A stretch of 64,000 bases of DNA from the IMG/VR virus record IMGVR_UViG_3300031951_000023; one strand, 5' to 3'. The position numbers were made by a program, and so were the translations under genes. The stretch is from an uncultured virus (IMG/VR IMGVR_UViG_3300031951_000023) (lineage: Duplodnaviria; Heunggongvirae; Uroviricota; Caudoviricetes). Under the pieces are notes generated by a model. That model saw only the letters and a list, made by a program, of their open reading frames with translations, was not told the DNA's origin and made no database searches. Below, piece after piece: positions 36,286 to 54,916 of the stretch (position 1 is its first letter; every line of letters begins with the position of its first letter).

Positions 36286-37407
36286 ATGACTTTGCGTTAT
36301 CAACATCTTATGACCGCCGTGGATGAAACTTCTGTAAAAGGCCAGAAACATAAGCCTTTTAAAATTATGGAAATAGGCTGTTTCCACGGCATCCAAGGAA
36401 AACTAATGGCCAACAGGGCCTACGCTAATGGAAGAAAAAATATTGAGTATTATGGTTTTGATTTATTTGAAGACATGACCCATGAAGTTAGCGAAGTAGA
36501 AGGCTGCCGTAGACCTTTTGCTCCATCTTATTCTGAAGTCATGGATTATTTAAAAGGTAAAGCTAAAGTTAAAGCAATTAACTTATTCAAAGGCGATAGT
36601 AAAAAAACATTGCCTGAAGCTGTAAAAAAATTACCAAAAATGGATGTTATTTTTATAGACGGAGGAAAGTCTTTGGCTACGGTACAGTCAGATATAGAGT
36701 ACGCTATAAAACTGACTGGAGAAGATTCTGTAATTTTAGTAGACGGTTATTACGCTAGTAGTCATTTCTCTGGTTGCGCTTTCTTAGTTATAAATGAACT
36801 TGTAAAGAGGTCAGGTTTGAAAGTAGAAATACTTGAACCTGTAGATGCCTATCCAGAGTTTGGTCTGTCTGTTCAAATGGTTAAGATAACTAAAACGGGC
36901 ACGCTAGACACTAATGATTCCGTACCTGTTCCAGAATTTGTCGTACCTAAAGAAGAACCCAAGACAGAGGTTGAAAATGTCGAGCAGCCTTGCAGCCAAC
37001 CTGGAAGCAGCTGTGATAATCCCGACTTACAATCACCTGGATTATGCACTGTTATCTGCAAAGACAGCTCTTGCGAATACGCCAAACAGCATTGTGATGG
37101 TAGTAGACGATGCGAGTCCGGAGTGGGATTCGTCAATCTGGAGTTGCCTACCGCAGGACCGGTTGATAATACACAGGTTTCCTCAGAACGACCAGAACCT
37201 GACCAGGAGCTGGAACTGGGGACTTCAGAAGGCAAAGGAACTGAGAATACCGATAGCGGTACCAGCGAACAGCGACTTGAAGTTTCCGAAGAACTGGTCG
37301 ATGAAGATATTTCAACTTCTAAGAGAAAATCGCGCAGACCTCGTAGGTCCCGCAACAAACGCTCCGGGGCATCGTCAGAAACAGCAGATAACGACCTTGA
37401 TTCCTGA
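36286..37407 (+). CDS. class I SAM-dependent methyltransferase (Methyltransf_24-like) with long tail overlapping the next gene
   Basis: IMEIGCFHG; YYGFDLFE; KGDSKKTL; DVIFIDGG; ILVDGY. Confidence 0.8.
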   Translation: MTLRYQHLMTAVDETSVKGQKHKPFKIMEIGCFHGIQGKLMANRAYANGRKNIEYYGFDLFEDMTHEVSEVEGCRRPFAPSYSEVMDYLKGKAKVKAINLFKGDSKKTLPEAVKKLPKMDVIFIDGGKSLATVQSDIEYAIKLTGEDSVILVDGYYASSHFSGCAFLVINELVKRSGLKVEILEPVDAYPEFGLSVQMVKITKTGTLDTNDSVPVPEFVVPKEEPKTEVENVEQPCSQPGSSCDNPDLQSPGLCTVICKDSSCEYAKQHCDGSRRCESGVGFVNLELPTAGPVDNTQVSSERPEPDQELELGTSEGKGTENTDSGTSEQRLEVSEELVDEDISTSKRKSRRPRRSRNKRSGASSETADNDLDS

Positions 37408-37741
37408 TTATAATCTTGATGATTCAGACGATTACATAGACCAAGTGCAAGAAAAGCTTATGGAAAGAAAGGACGAGGATTTTGTTCAAACGCTTATAAA
37501 CGGATTTTGCATGGCTGCACTTACAGATACTTGGTGGTCCGGAGCGTTTGATTCTTCTTGTGTTTTTAACCCAAAAAATAAAATGATGAGGAATGAAGAT
37601 GAGCTCATAGGTAGATGGCTAGGCATGGGTAGAAAAGTAGGATACTGCCCTTACAGCTTTGTATGGCACTACAGAAGTGTCAGCAGAGCTGTAAAAACAG
37701 GCAAGCAATACCAAGGATGGTACCGAAAAAGTAAGGGCTAA
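36977..37741 (+). CDS. family 2 glycosyltransferase
   Basis: GAGG RBS; AVIIPTYN; VVDDAS; SWNWG; NSD; NGFCM; NEDEL; FVWHY. Confidence 0.85.
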   Translation: MSSSLAANLEAAVIIPTYNHLDYALLSAKTALANTPNSIVMVVDDASPEWDSSIWSCLPQDRLIIHRFPQNDQNLTRSWNWGLQKAKELRIPIAVPANSDLKFPKNWSMKIFQLLRENRADLVGPATNAPGHRQKQQITTLIPDYNLDDSDDYIDQVQEKLMERKDEDFVQTLINGFCMAALTDTWWSGAFDSSCVFNPKNKMMRNEDELIGRWLGMGRKVGYCPYSFVWHYRSVSRAVKTGKQYQGWYRKSKG

Positions 37742-37742
37742 A

Positions 37743-38363
37743 ATGCGTTTTTGGAAACTTAAAAGTATTAACGACAATCCTTTAGTAGGTATGGTTGTCG
37801 TAACATACAATCAAATAGAACCTCTTCAATCTTTGCTAGCTAGCTTAAAAGCTCAAACGTGGAAAAATTTTAAAATAGCCATATCTCACGACGGACCCGC
37901 AACTCCCGAAGTAAAAGCGGCAGTTAATGTTTTAGTAGGAAAAGACGATAGATTTATTTTTATAGAAACCAGAGAAAGACAAAATAAATTTGGCCACGAC
38001 ATGCGTTATCCTGGGTTCTCCTATTTAGCCAGTCTTGGCTGTACTCACTTATGTACTACTAATGGAGACTGTTGGTATACTCCTAATTATTTTGAAAACA
38101 TGTTATATAAAATGCAAAAAGACTCTACCAAAATGTGCATATGCAACATGATACACAGTCATAAACTTTGGCAGCCACTTAATACAGAAATGGCTAGAGG
38201 AAAAGTAGACGTAGGTTGCTGGATGGCTTCTACTGAAGTAGTAAAACTGGTAAACTGGACAGACTACTCTTTCGCAGCAGACTGGTTTTTTATAAAAAAA
38301 CTGTTCTTGGCTGTTAAAGGTAAAATATCGAAAGTAGACGGATATCTGTATGTTCACAACTGA
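37743..38363 (+). CDS. family 2 glycosyltransferase
   Basis: VVVTYNQ; QTWKNF; SHDG; TNGD; ADWFF. Confidence 0.85.
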   Translation: MRFWKLKSINDNPLVGMVVVTYNQIEPLQSLLASLKAQTWKNFKIAISHDGPATPEVKAAVNVLVGKDDRFIFIETRERQNKFGHDMRYPGFSYLASLGCTHLCTTNGDCWYTPNYFENMLYKMQKDSTKMCICNMIHSHKLWQPLNTEMARGKVDVGCWMASTEVVKLVNWTDYSFAADWFFIKKLFLAVKGKISKVDGYLYVHN

Positions 38364-38377
38364 TAGAGGCCACGTAA

Positions 38378-39445
38378 ATGAAAGTAGGCATATCGCTAAA
38401 TTACGCGAGGCATGACTTCACTTACGCGGCTTTAAAAACAGCTGAAGTGTTGGAAAATTTAGGTTATGATGTCACTATATATAATAGGCTAGAGCCTACA
38501 ACAAGAATAGCTCTGCATGACTACTGGGACGAGTTTGTCAAAAGTTCAAAGCAAGTAAGCTTTGAAACCTGGAGCGCTTCTGTAGACAGGCTGATATTTT
38601 TTAGTTACTCAGACGCACAAGAAATAAAAGCCATAAAGAAAAGAGGAACGCCAGTAACCTGTGTAGCAACGTGGGATAGCGTAGACGCGGATATAGTTTC
38701 TTCTCTTAAACAAGGCACTACTGTAGTAACTCCTTCTGCTCAACAGGCTAAATACTTCCAGTCCTACTGGAGGCTTAAAAACGTTGTGCATATTCCTTGG
38801 GACTGCAACTGGGCGTTTTCTCAAATAGACAGAACCGACTCTGAGCCTTTAAAGGTGCTAGTAGCTTGTCCTGGTTTTCAAATCAAAAGAGTAGATGTCA
38901 CAAAGCTGTATGAAACTTTAATAGCTGTACTGGACGATAACCCAGGAATCAAAATAACTTTTTTGTTTAGCAATAAAGTTGCAAAGCTTTCAAAAAATCA
39001 ATTAAAAGCCTTAACGGTAGCCAAAGAAAACGGCAGTTCTATAATCGCTATAGATGATCCTACTGGCTGGTTTGAAACCCCGCTTATATATGGAGAACAC
39101 GATATAACTGTATACCCAGGCCAGATAGAAAGCTTTGGTTCAGTTGTTTTAGAATCATTAACTATGGGAACACCGGTAGTTTGTTACGACTTTCCTCCAA
39201 TGAACGAAATAGTCAGCAATTCCATTAATGGATTTCTTTTGGAATGTGGGTCGAGCAGTACAGACCTGGGAGTAAGCTACGCTCTTCACAGCGACAGTTC
39301 CATACGTAAAACATTAAGTTTTGTTTTTAATAACAAAAGCATTTTGAACAAGATGCGAGCTTCAACTTCTGTAGGACTTGAGGCCAGGCGTAAACAATTC
39401 TCAGCTTTATGGGCCGAAGTCATAGACGCCCAGCTTAGCAAGTAA
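38378..39445 (+). CDS. GT-B fold (family 4-like) glycosyltransferase
   Basis: ESFGSVVLESLTMGTPVV (Ex7E); PMNEIV...NGFL. Confidence 0.85.
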   Translation: MKVGISLNYARHDFTYAALKTAEVLENLGYDVTIYNRLEPTTRIALHDYWDEFVKSSKQVSFETWSASVDRLIFFSYSDAQEIKAIKKRGTPVTCVATWDSVDADIVSSLKQGTTVVTPSAQQAKYFQSYWRLKNVVHIPWDCNWAFSQIDRTDSEPLKVLVACPGFQIKRVDVTKLYETLIAVLDDNPGIKITFLFSNKVAKLSKNQLKALTVAKENGSSIIAIDDPTGWFETPLIYGEHDITVYPGQIESFGSVVLESLTMGTPVVCYDFPPMNEIVSNSINGFLLECGSSSTDLGVSYALHSDSSIRKTLSFVFNNKSILNKMRASTSVGLEARRKQFSALWAEVIDAQLSK

Positions 39446-39463
39446 AAGCAAAAATCATTCTCT

Positions 39464-39491
39464 TAGACATTTGGTCGTTCGCGTATATACT
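39464..39491 (+). promoter_or_regulatory. possible sigma70-like promoter
   Basis: TAGACA-16 nt-TATACT in an intergenic gap. Confidence 0.35.
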
Positions 39492-39550
39492 GAAGAGGTA
39501 CCGCGCAGGGTCAGTGCGTATAGACACTAGAAAAGAAAGTAAGGTGGGTT

Positions 39551-39940
39551 GTGGAAAAGAAAGAACTTGAAGCATACAAGAACGCCGGCTTCAAAGTGTA
39601 TACGAACGAAGACCCTGATTTTTTTGACTTGATGCTGAAAAAGTACTTGGAGTCAAAGGAAGATAAAAAAGAAACTCCGACCAGTAAGAAGCTAAAACAG
39701 GAGGTAGAGGCTTTTGTCCATTTTATAAAAAGTAAGCTTTTGGAAAACCCTCCAGCTACTTTTACTTATTTGGACAAGGGCTTGGCTTTGCAGTTCGCTG
39801 ATTATACGAGGGTAGTGTTTGTTGATCAGAGTACTGTTAATAAAGATAAGACCAGTTCTATTGAGATTAATGCTCCTTCTAGACAAGGAGGTCCTATTGT
39901 TTTTAGACAGGTGGATACTTCTATTCCAATCACGGGGTAA
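39551..39940 (+). CDS. hypothetical protein
   Basis: AAGGTG RBS, GTG start. Confidence 0.6.
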   Translation: MEKKELEAYKNAGFKVYTNEDPDFFDLMLKKYLESKEDKKETPTSKKLKQEVEAFVHFIKSKLLENPPATFTYLDKGLALQFADYTRVVFVDQSTVNKDKTSSIEINAPSRQGGPIVFRQVDTSIPITG

Positions 39941-39947
39941 AGCAGCC

Positions 39948-40232
39948 ATGGAAGTTAATTCAGATCAAGGGTTGATAGTCCAGAAGGCTTTTAACGTGAT
40001 CATGGACAGGGTTAACTCTGCCATGTGTCTTCCAGGATTTAACAAGCTTAGCTACAAGAAAGCTTTTCATTTAGTAAAGAAGGCCATAAGAGCTGCCCTT
40101 GAAGAAACTGATTTCCTCTACGTCGATGTTTTACCTAGCAGGTCAGACAAGGCCATAAAGGTAAACATGAAGATATTTGCTGAGTATGAAATAGAGTACG
40201 ACCTTGAGATGGTTGTGTCTTTGACCAGGTAG
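39948..40232 (+). CDS. hypothetical protein
   Basis: ORF 39819-40232; ATG 39948 follows the upstream stop. Confidence 0.55.
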   Translation: MEVNSDQGLIVQKAFNVIMDRVNSAMCLPGFNKLSYKKAFHLVKKAIRAALEETDFLYVDVLPSRSDKAIKVNMKIFAEYEIEYDLEMVVSLTR

Positions 40233-40252
40233 TTGTTTTGGAATAAGTAGCT

Positions 40253-40597
40253 ATGCAGTTTATAGCTAAGCTAGTTTCTTTCTTTACTCTAGGGAAACCT
40301 AGAAGTGGCAAGTGGCAGGCTCTCAGCAAAAAGTTTCTTTACGGTAAGACTTGCGCGGTGTGCGGCATAGACAAAAAGCTTGTCGCACACCACAAGCGCC
40401 CTTTTCACGAACATCCTGACATGGAGCTTGACGAAAGTAATCTAATTGCCCTTTGCCGATATCCTGGAAGGAACTGCCATTTTGTTTTTGGCCATCTATG
40501 GAACTGGCAAACAGTTAACTCAGATATCGATGATACTATTGATTATTTCAACAAGCTGAGAGAAAATGCTAAAAAAACATCAGCTAAGCAGGATTAA
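40253..40597 (+). CDS. HNH endonuclease
   Basis: CAVCG...AHHKRP...ESNLIALC.....CHFVFGH. Confidence 0.85.
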   Translation: MQFIAKLVSFFTLGKPRSGKWQALSKKFLYGKTCAVCGIDKKLVAHHKRPFHEHPDMELDESNLIALCRYPGRNCHFVFGHLWNWQTVNSDIDDTIDYFNKLRENAKKTSAKQD

Positions 40598-40600
40598 GCC

Positions 40601-43600
40601 ATGCCTTTTCAGTCCAAAGCTCAACAAAGGTGGATGTTTGCTAACCATCCAGAAATGGCTAAAAGGTGGGCTAAGCACACTAAGGACATAAAAAGCCTTC
40701 CTGAAAAGAAAAAAGAAAAGCGAGCTTATGAGTTTGTAGATAACTACCTTATCGATTCCATAGTCAAAGAAGCTCTAACTAACTTCAACAACAAAGCTCT
40801 GCCTAAACCTAATGTAAGCGCCACCGGAGGAGCAGCTGGCCCAGCCACAGGTCAACCGGCTGTTCCAGTAGCCCCGGCTGTTGGTCCTATAGTACAACCT
40901 CAGGGTTATGGCGCTAACGCCATAGCCAAGATCATTTCAACTAAAAAGGCTGAAGACAACTTAGTCAGCAGCTTTAACAGAATTAAAAAAACTGGTTCTT
41001 TAAATAAGTTAGAAGCTATAGCTTCTTATATTAGTAAGAGCGCTGGAGAAGTTATTCCTAAAAGTTTAACTGAGCCGCATGTAGAAACTAGAATTGCAAA
41101 AGAAGACGCTGCTTTTAAAAAGCTTCAAGAAGAGCAGTTGGCTAGGGATAAAGAAACAAGAAACTTACAGCTAAAAGCTCAAGGCGCTACGGACATAAAG
41201 TTGCCTGAAGAAGCCTTAGACCGAGGCAGAAGATTTTTTGGGATTGGTCCAAAACTAAAAGTTTTACAGCCGGCTATTCCAGGAAGCGTTCAAAAAAGGC
41301 AGATGCAGAGCATAGACCCTTCTTGGTTTGATAGAAGTATTTTTTCTGGTAAACCTCAACCTGAAACTAATGTCGATTGGCGTTATGGCGCTTTAGGCAA
41401 GCCAGACGTTAGAAAAGCTATCTTCCCTGAATTTAGTTCTAGAGCGGCACAGCTATCTCCTCAAAATCTTGAAAGACTAGACTTGATTAGCAAAGCTGTT
41501 CCAGTTTTACCCGAGGATATGCGCAGTCCTTATCTTGTAAACCAATACAATTTTAAACCATTCACAAACGAACAGATAGAGAAAGACTGGGCTAGAACTG
41601 CCAACTTAACTGGAAAGGCTTTGCCAACAGACGCAGAAGGTCGAGAGCTGGAAGGGCCTGCTTTAGAAAAGTTTTACGCAGATAATTTAAAATACGATAG
41701 AAACGCAGGGCACTTATTTGAGCTTGCTTCTGGAAAAGTCGGAACACCTGAGCAGCAAGAAGCCGCAAGAAACCATTTTAAATCTATCTACGAGTTATCA
41801 AAGCAAATAGACGAAAACGATATTTTAGGCAGAGAAAAATTTTTAAGAACAGGAGATAGCCAAAAAAAACTTGAAATAGCCAGACAGGCTCTTGATGTTT
41901 TATCTGGAGGGGTTAATGAAAATAATTCGTATTTAGGCAACTATGCTCGCTTAGCCCCTAACGTTGCTGCTATGGCTTTTCCATTTTTAAGGCCGATTAT
42001 GCCTGCAATAAGGTCTGCTACGGCGACTGTTCCAGCAACGTATAGGTACTTAGCTCCAAGGCTGGGAGCGGCTGCAGAACAGGCGGCTACAGGCGCTAAT
42101 ACTTTAACTGAAAATTTCCTTTCTCGTTTGTTTGGCCCTTCTGCTTCAAAAGCCCAACAAGCAGTTTCGGCTAGGCAAGTTCCTTCCTGGTCTGAAGCTT
42201 TTAACTCAGCTAGAACGGCTTTAGAAAGAGGAGGCGCTACTAACTCAGCAAATTTAGCCAGAATTGCAGCGGGCATCCCAAAACCCATACAAACAGCTGG
42301 AGCCGTAGCCGGAAATTTGTCAAAAGGTATATTTGATTACAATTACAGATTATCTCCTCTGTTTAACGCGCCTGTTCAAATAGCCGCAGGCCTTGCTGGC
42401 GCTTCTCCAGAACAAGCAGCTCAAGCGGGTGAGCTGTCTGGCGGCTACGGCCCTTTACCTATGTTTATGAGACAAGGGTATAAGCAAATAGCTGACGCTA
42501 TTAAACAAGTTAGGGCTAAAAATCCTTATGCTTCTACAGGGGTTCTAAAAGACCCTGGTGCCATAGTAAGAAACGAGGGAGCCGCAGTACGAGATGAAAT
42601 GCAAAGAATACTAGAATCAGACAGGGCTTCTTTTGTAGGGCCTATTCCCTTAGGAACGACCCATCCAGACCCTGCTAGCATATTAACTAGAGCAATACAG
42701 AACGTCGCTAATAAACCCTTCATTGCTGAAAAAGCAATCCAAGGACCTAACCTTATTCAAGGCGCAACGACTATAGCTGCCAGCACTATTCCATTTTTCC
42801 AGCCTGTTTCTAATTACTTGTCCGGACCAGAAGTTGTTCCTCCTTCTCTAGAAGAAAAGCAAAGAGCATCCGCTCAAATAGCCGACGAGCAGAGCAGGGG
42901 TTTCTCCAGCAATGAAGTGGTTACTCCTGAGAGTCTGAGAACAAAATTCCCAGGAATTTCTAATATAGCTCCATTAGTTTCCGTAGGAGTGGCTGACGCT
43001 CTAGTCGTGTCGCCTGAAATAGCTCAAACAGAAACTAACATTCAAAATTTGTCAGAAAGGCTTTCATACCTTCAGCCTAACACGCTTGAAGCAAATCAAG
43101 TGAAGTCAGAGATAGCAAGTAATCAGGCTGTTCTTTCTACTCACATATCTCAACAATATGGAAGCACTCCTGAGAGATTCAAAAGTTTTAAAGACTCGGC
43201 TTCAAGGTTTGCTGACGCTAATAAGCAATATTCCGATTTTGCGTCTAGGTCTGACCAATCAAGCAACATGTCAGAAAGGGATAGAGTAACAAAACTGTAC
43301 GATGAAGCTAATGCAGATTTTAGAAAAAACGGTCTTCCTTTTGTTACTGACTACCTTAACCATTCATATAAAGTCGACATAGCTCCTAAACAACAACATT
43401 TACTAGACTCCGCCGCAAACCTAGCGGGCATACGACAAAAGATGTCTACAGCTCCGGACACAGTAACTGCGGAAGAAAAACAAGCGATCAAACAAGCTGA
43501 AGGCTATGTCAAAGACATAACTACCTGGTCTGGTGTAGCTGCTGCTACTAACCTGTTCCAGTCAGGCCAGCCCATAGACCCTCAATTTTTTACAGATTCT

Positions 43601-44635
43601 CAAAAGGCTGTCGGAGCTGTCTCTAACCTTATAAACACTCCTGAAGTTAAAACTCAAGTAGCTACCAAAGTTTCTTCCGAAGTAGACAAAATAGTTGGAG
43701 CAGATTCTCCATACGCCAAGGACATGACTAAGAACATTTATTCAAACATGTCCACTACAGAAAAAGTGTTTATGTATGGCGGATTGGGCTTAGCCGCTTT
43801 AGGCGCTATAAGCTTGGTCACAGGCTACGGAGGAGACTGGTTGCCTAGCCTAGGTCTAGCTGGCGGCTTGGGCGCGCTGGGCCTGGCTGGCTATAACTAC
43901 TTTAGCTCAGGTCAGTCTCCTTCAGACTTGATAACTCCAAAAGGATTCATGAGCTTTTTGACAGGTAGCGTTGAAGAAGACAATCCAACTGAAAGGGTCC
44001 TTAACCAACTGCGTAAAGACAATCATTACGGAAAGTACAGTATAGACCAGGTTAAGCACTCACCTCTATACGACAAAGTAATGACTGGAGGAGCAACCGC
44101 CGCTGAAGCAGCTACTCTGCTAGGTACGTTAGACCCTCAGAACAGAGGAACTTTGCTAACTGCTCTAAATAACAAATACCCGACGGCTTCAACGGCTATG
44201 GCTAAATTTGATAGCCGAGTAGCCGAAGACAATAAAATGATAAATAACCTTGGTAATGCTCCAGTCCTGGCTAAGGCAAAAACTTTTGACGAGTTTAACG
44301 ACTTAGCTGGTTTGGGCTTTAAAGATAAGAGCGGCAAATACACTTTTGAAAATAAAACTCCTGAGATGATTGAAAGAATAGTTTCTGTCATGCCTCAGAC
44401 AGTTAAAGCCGATCTGGTTCAAAAAATAAGAAGCAGTATAGTAGATACGTACAACGCTAGAGTAGATGAAGAAGCTAAAAACTATTGGTATGTTCCTTTT
44501 GCTTCTAGTATGCACAAGGCAAACTCAGTTAAAGACGCAGTTGAAAAGATTAGAGCAGCGGCAGCAAGCCCAAAAGCTGACTCTACAACTAAGTCTATTG
44601 CCAAGGGATTAGAGCTTTTGAATATCACTCATTAA
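40601..44635 (+). CDS. large probable virion (internal/ejection) protein with Gly-rich hydrophobic hairpin
   Basis: N-terminal MPFQSKAQQRWMFA phage motif; Ala/Gln-rich; GGLGLAALGAISLV...LGLAGGLGALGLAG. Confidence 0.55.
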   Translation: MPFQSKAQQRWMFANHPEMAKRWAKHTKDIKSLPEKKKEKRAYEFVDNYLIDSIVKEALTNFNNKALPKPNVSATGGAAGPATGQPAVPVAPAVGPIVQPQGYGANAIAKIISTKKAEDNLVSSFNRIKKTGSLNKLEAIASYISKSAGEVIPKSLTEPHVETRIAKEDAAFKKLQEEQLARDKETRNLQLKAQGATDIKLPEEALDRGRRFFGIGPKLKVLQPAIPGSVQKRQMQSIDPSWFDRSIFSGKPQPETNVDWRYGALGKPDVRKAIFPEFSSRAAQLSPQNLERLDLISKAVPVLPEDMRSPYLVNQYNFKPFTNEQIEKDWARTANLTGKALPTDAEGRELEGPALEKFYADNLKYDRNAGHLFELASGKVGTPEQQEAARNHFKSIYELSKQIDENDILGREKFLRTGDSQKKLEIARQALDVLSGGVNENNSYLGNYARLAPNVAAMAFPFLRPIMPAIRSATATVPATYRYLAPRLGAAAEQAATGANTLTENFLSRLFGPSASKAQQAVSARQVPSWSEAFNSARTALERGGATNSANLARIAAGIPKPIQTAGAVAGNLSKGIFDYNYRLSPLFNAPVQIAAGLAGASPEQAAQAGELSGGYGPLPMFMRQGYKQIADAIKQVRAKNPYASTGVLKDPGAIVRNEGAAVRDEMQRILESDRASFVGPIPLGTTHPDPASILTRAIQNVANKPFIAEKAIQGPNLIQGATTIAASTIPFFQPVSNYLSGPEVVPPSLEEKQRASAQIADEQSRGFSSNEVVTPESLRTKFPGISNIAPLVSVGVADALVVSPEIAQTETNIQNLSERLSYLQPNTLEANQVKSEIASNQAVLSTHISQQYGSTPERFKSFKDSASRFADANKQYSDFASRSDQSSNMSERDRVTKLYDEANADFRKNGLPFVTDYLNHSYKVDIAPKQQHLLDSAANLAGIRQKMSTAPDTVTAEEKQAIKQAEGYVKDITTWSGVAAATNLFQSGQPIDPQFFTDSQKAVGAVSNLINTPEVKTQVATKVSSEVDKIVGADSPYAKDMTKNIYSNMSTTEKVFMYGGLGLAALGAISLVTGYGGDWLPSLGLAGGLGALGLAGYNYFSSGQSPSDLITPKGFMSFLTGSVEEDNPTERVLNQLRKDNHYGKYSIDQVKHSPLYDKVMTGGATAAEAATLLGTLDPQNRGTLLTALNNKYPTASTAMAKFDSRVAEDNKMINNLGNAPVLAKAKTFDEFNDLAGLGFKDKSGKYTFENKTPEMIERIVSVMPQTVKADLVQKIRSSIVDTYNARVDEEAKNYWYVPFASSMHKANSVKDAVEKIRAAAASPKADSTTKSIAKGLELLNITH

Positions 44636-44651
44636 CAGAAAGGAATGAGTT

Positions 44652-44819
44652 ATGTTATCAGATTATAGCTGCGATGTTTCAAAGGTTGAAGAAGTAGTAA
44701 ATTTTCCTGAAGAGATGATTCAGACTTTTGTGGCCTGGGTTCATCCTATGACCGTAAACTCTTTTGAACTAGAGTCTGTGGTTGCTCTACCTACAGACCA
44801 ACCTTTGGGTTACACTTGA
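44652..44819 (+). CDS. small hypothetical protein (55 aa, not in ORF track)
   Basis: AAGGA RBS; MLSDYSCDVSKVEEVVNFPEEMIQTFVAWVHPMTVNSFELESVVALPTDQPLGYT. Confidence 0.45.
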   Translation: MLSDYSCDVSKVEEVVNFPEEMIQTFVAWVHPMTVNSFELESVVALPTDQPLGYT

Positions 44820-44844
44820 TTAAGCTTTTTATAAGGAGAAAGCC

Positions 44845-45153
44845 ATGGCAGATATAGAAGCAACTAACCCTATTGAAATACCCGCTACAGAAGCCAAAGT
44901 GTACGACAAGTGGGTCACTGAACGCCTTGTTTTTGAAGGCGACGGGATAACTCGTCCTATGGCCGCTGAAGCTTTTCTAGTTCCAGGCTTCAGAAAAGAA
45001 GACGGATCGTGGGACCTGTACCCAGAAGGCCGTAAGAATATATTTATTCCAGACCTTTGGGCGGAAGTATCTTCTAGAGAAGACTTTGCTACAGCCCTCG
45101 CTGCAGTTCAAAATGCTTTAGAAAGTTACGGTAAGGAAAAAGGCATTCTGTAA
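44845..45153 (+). CDS. hypothetical protein
   Basis: TAAGGAG RBS; 102 aa. Confidence 0.7.
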   Translation: MADIEATNPIEIPATEAKVYDKWVTERLVFEGDGITRPMAAEAFLVPGFRKEDGSWDLYPEGRKNIFIPDLWAEVSSREDFATALAAVQNALESYGKEKGIL

Positions 45154-45176
45154 ATCAAATAGCCGTTGTTCCCGAG

Positions 45177-45208
45177 ACAACACGGGACGGTAAATCCCGT
45201 GTTGTTTT
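45177..45208 (+). terminator. terminator-like hairpin
   Basis: ACAACACGGGA / TCCCGTGTTGT 11-bp stem followed by TTT. Confidence 0.65.
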
Positions 45209-45224
45209 CATAGAGGACGCGTAG

Positions 45225-54904
<9,680 letters not shown>

Positions 54905-54916
54905 GGAGGGCGTGCG

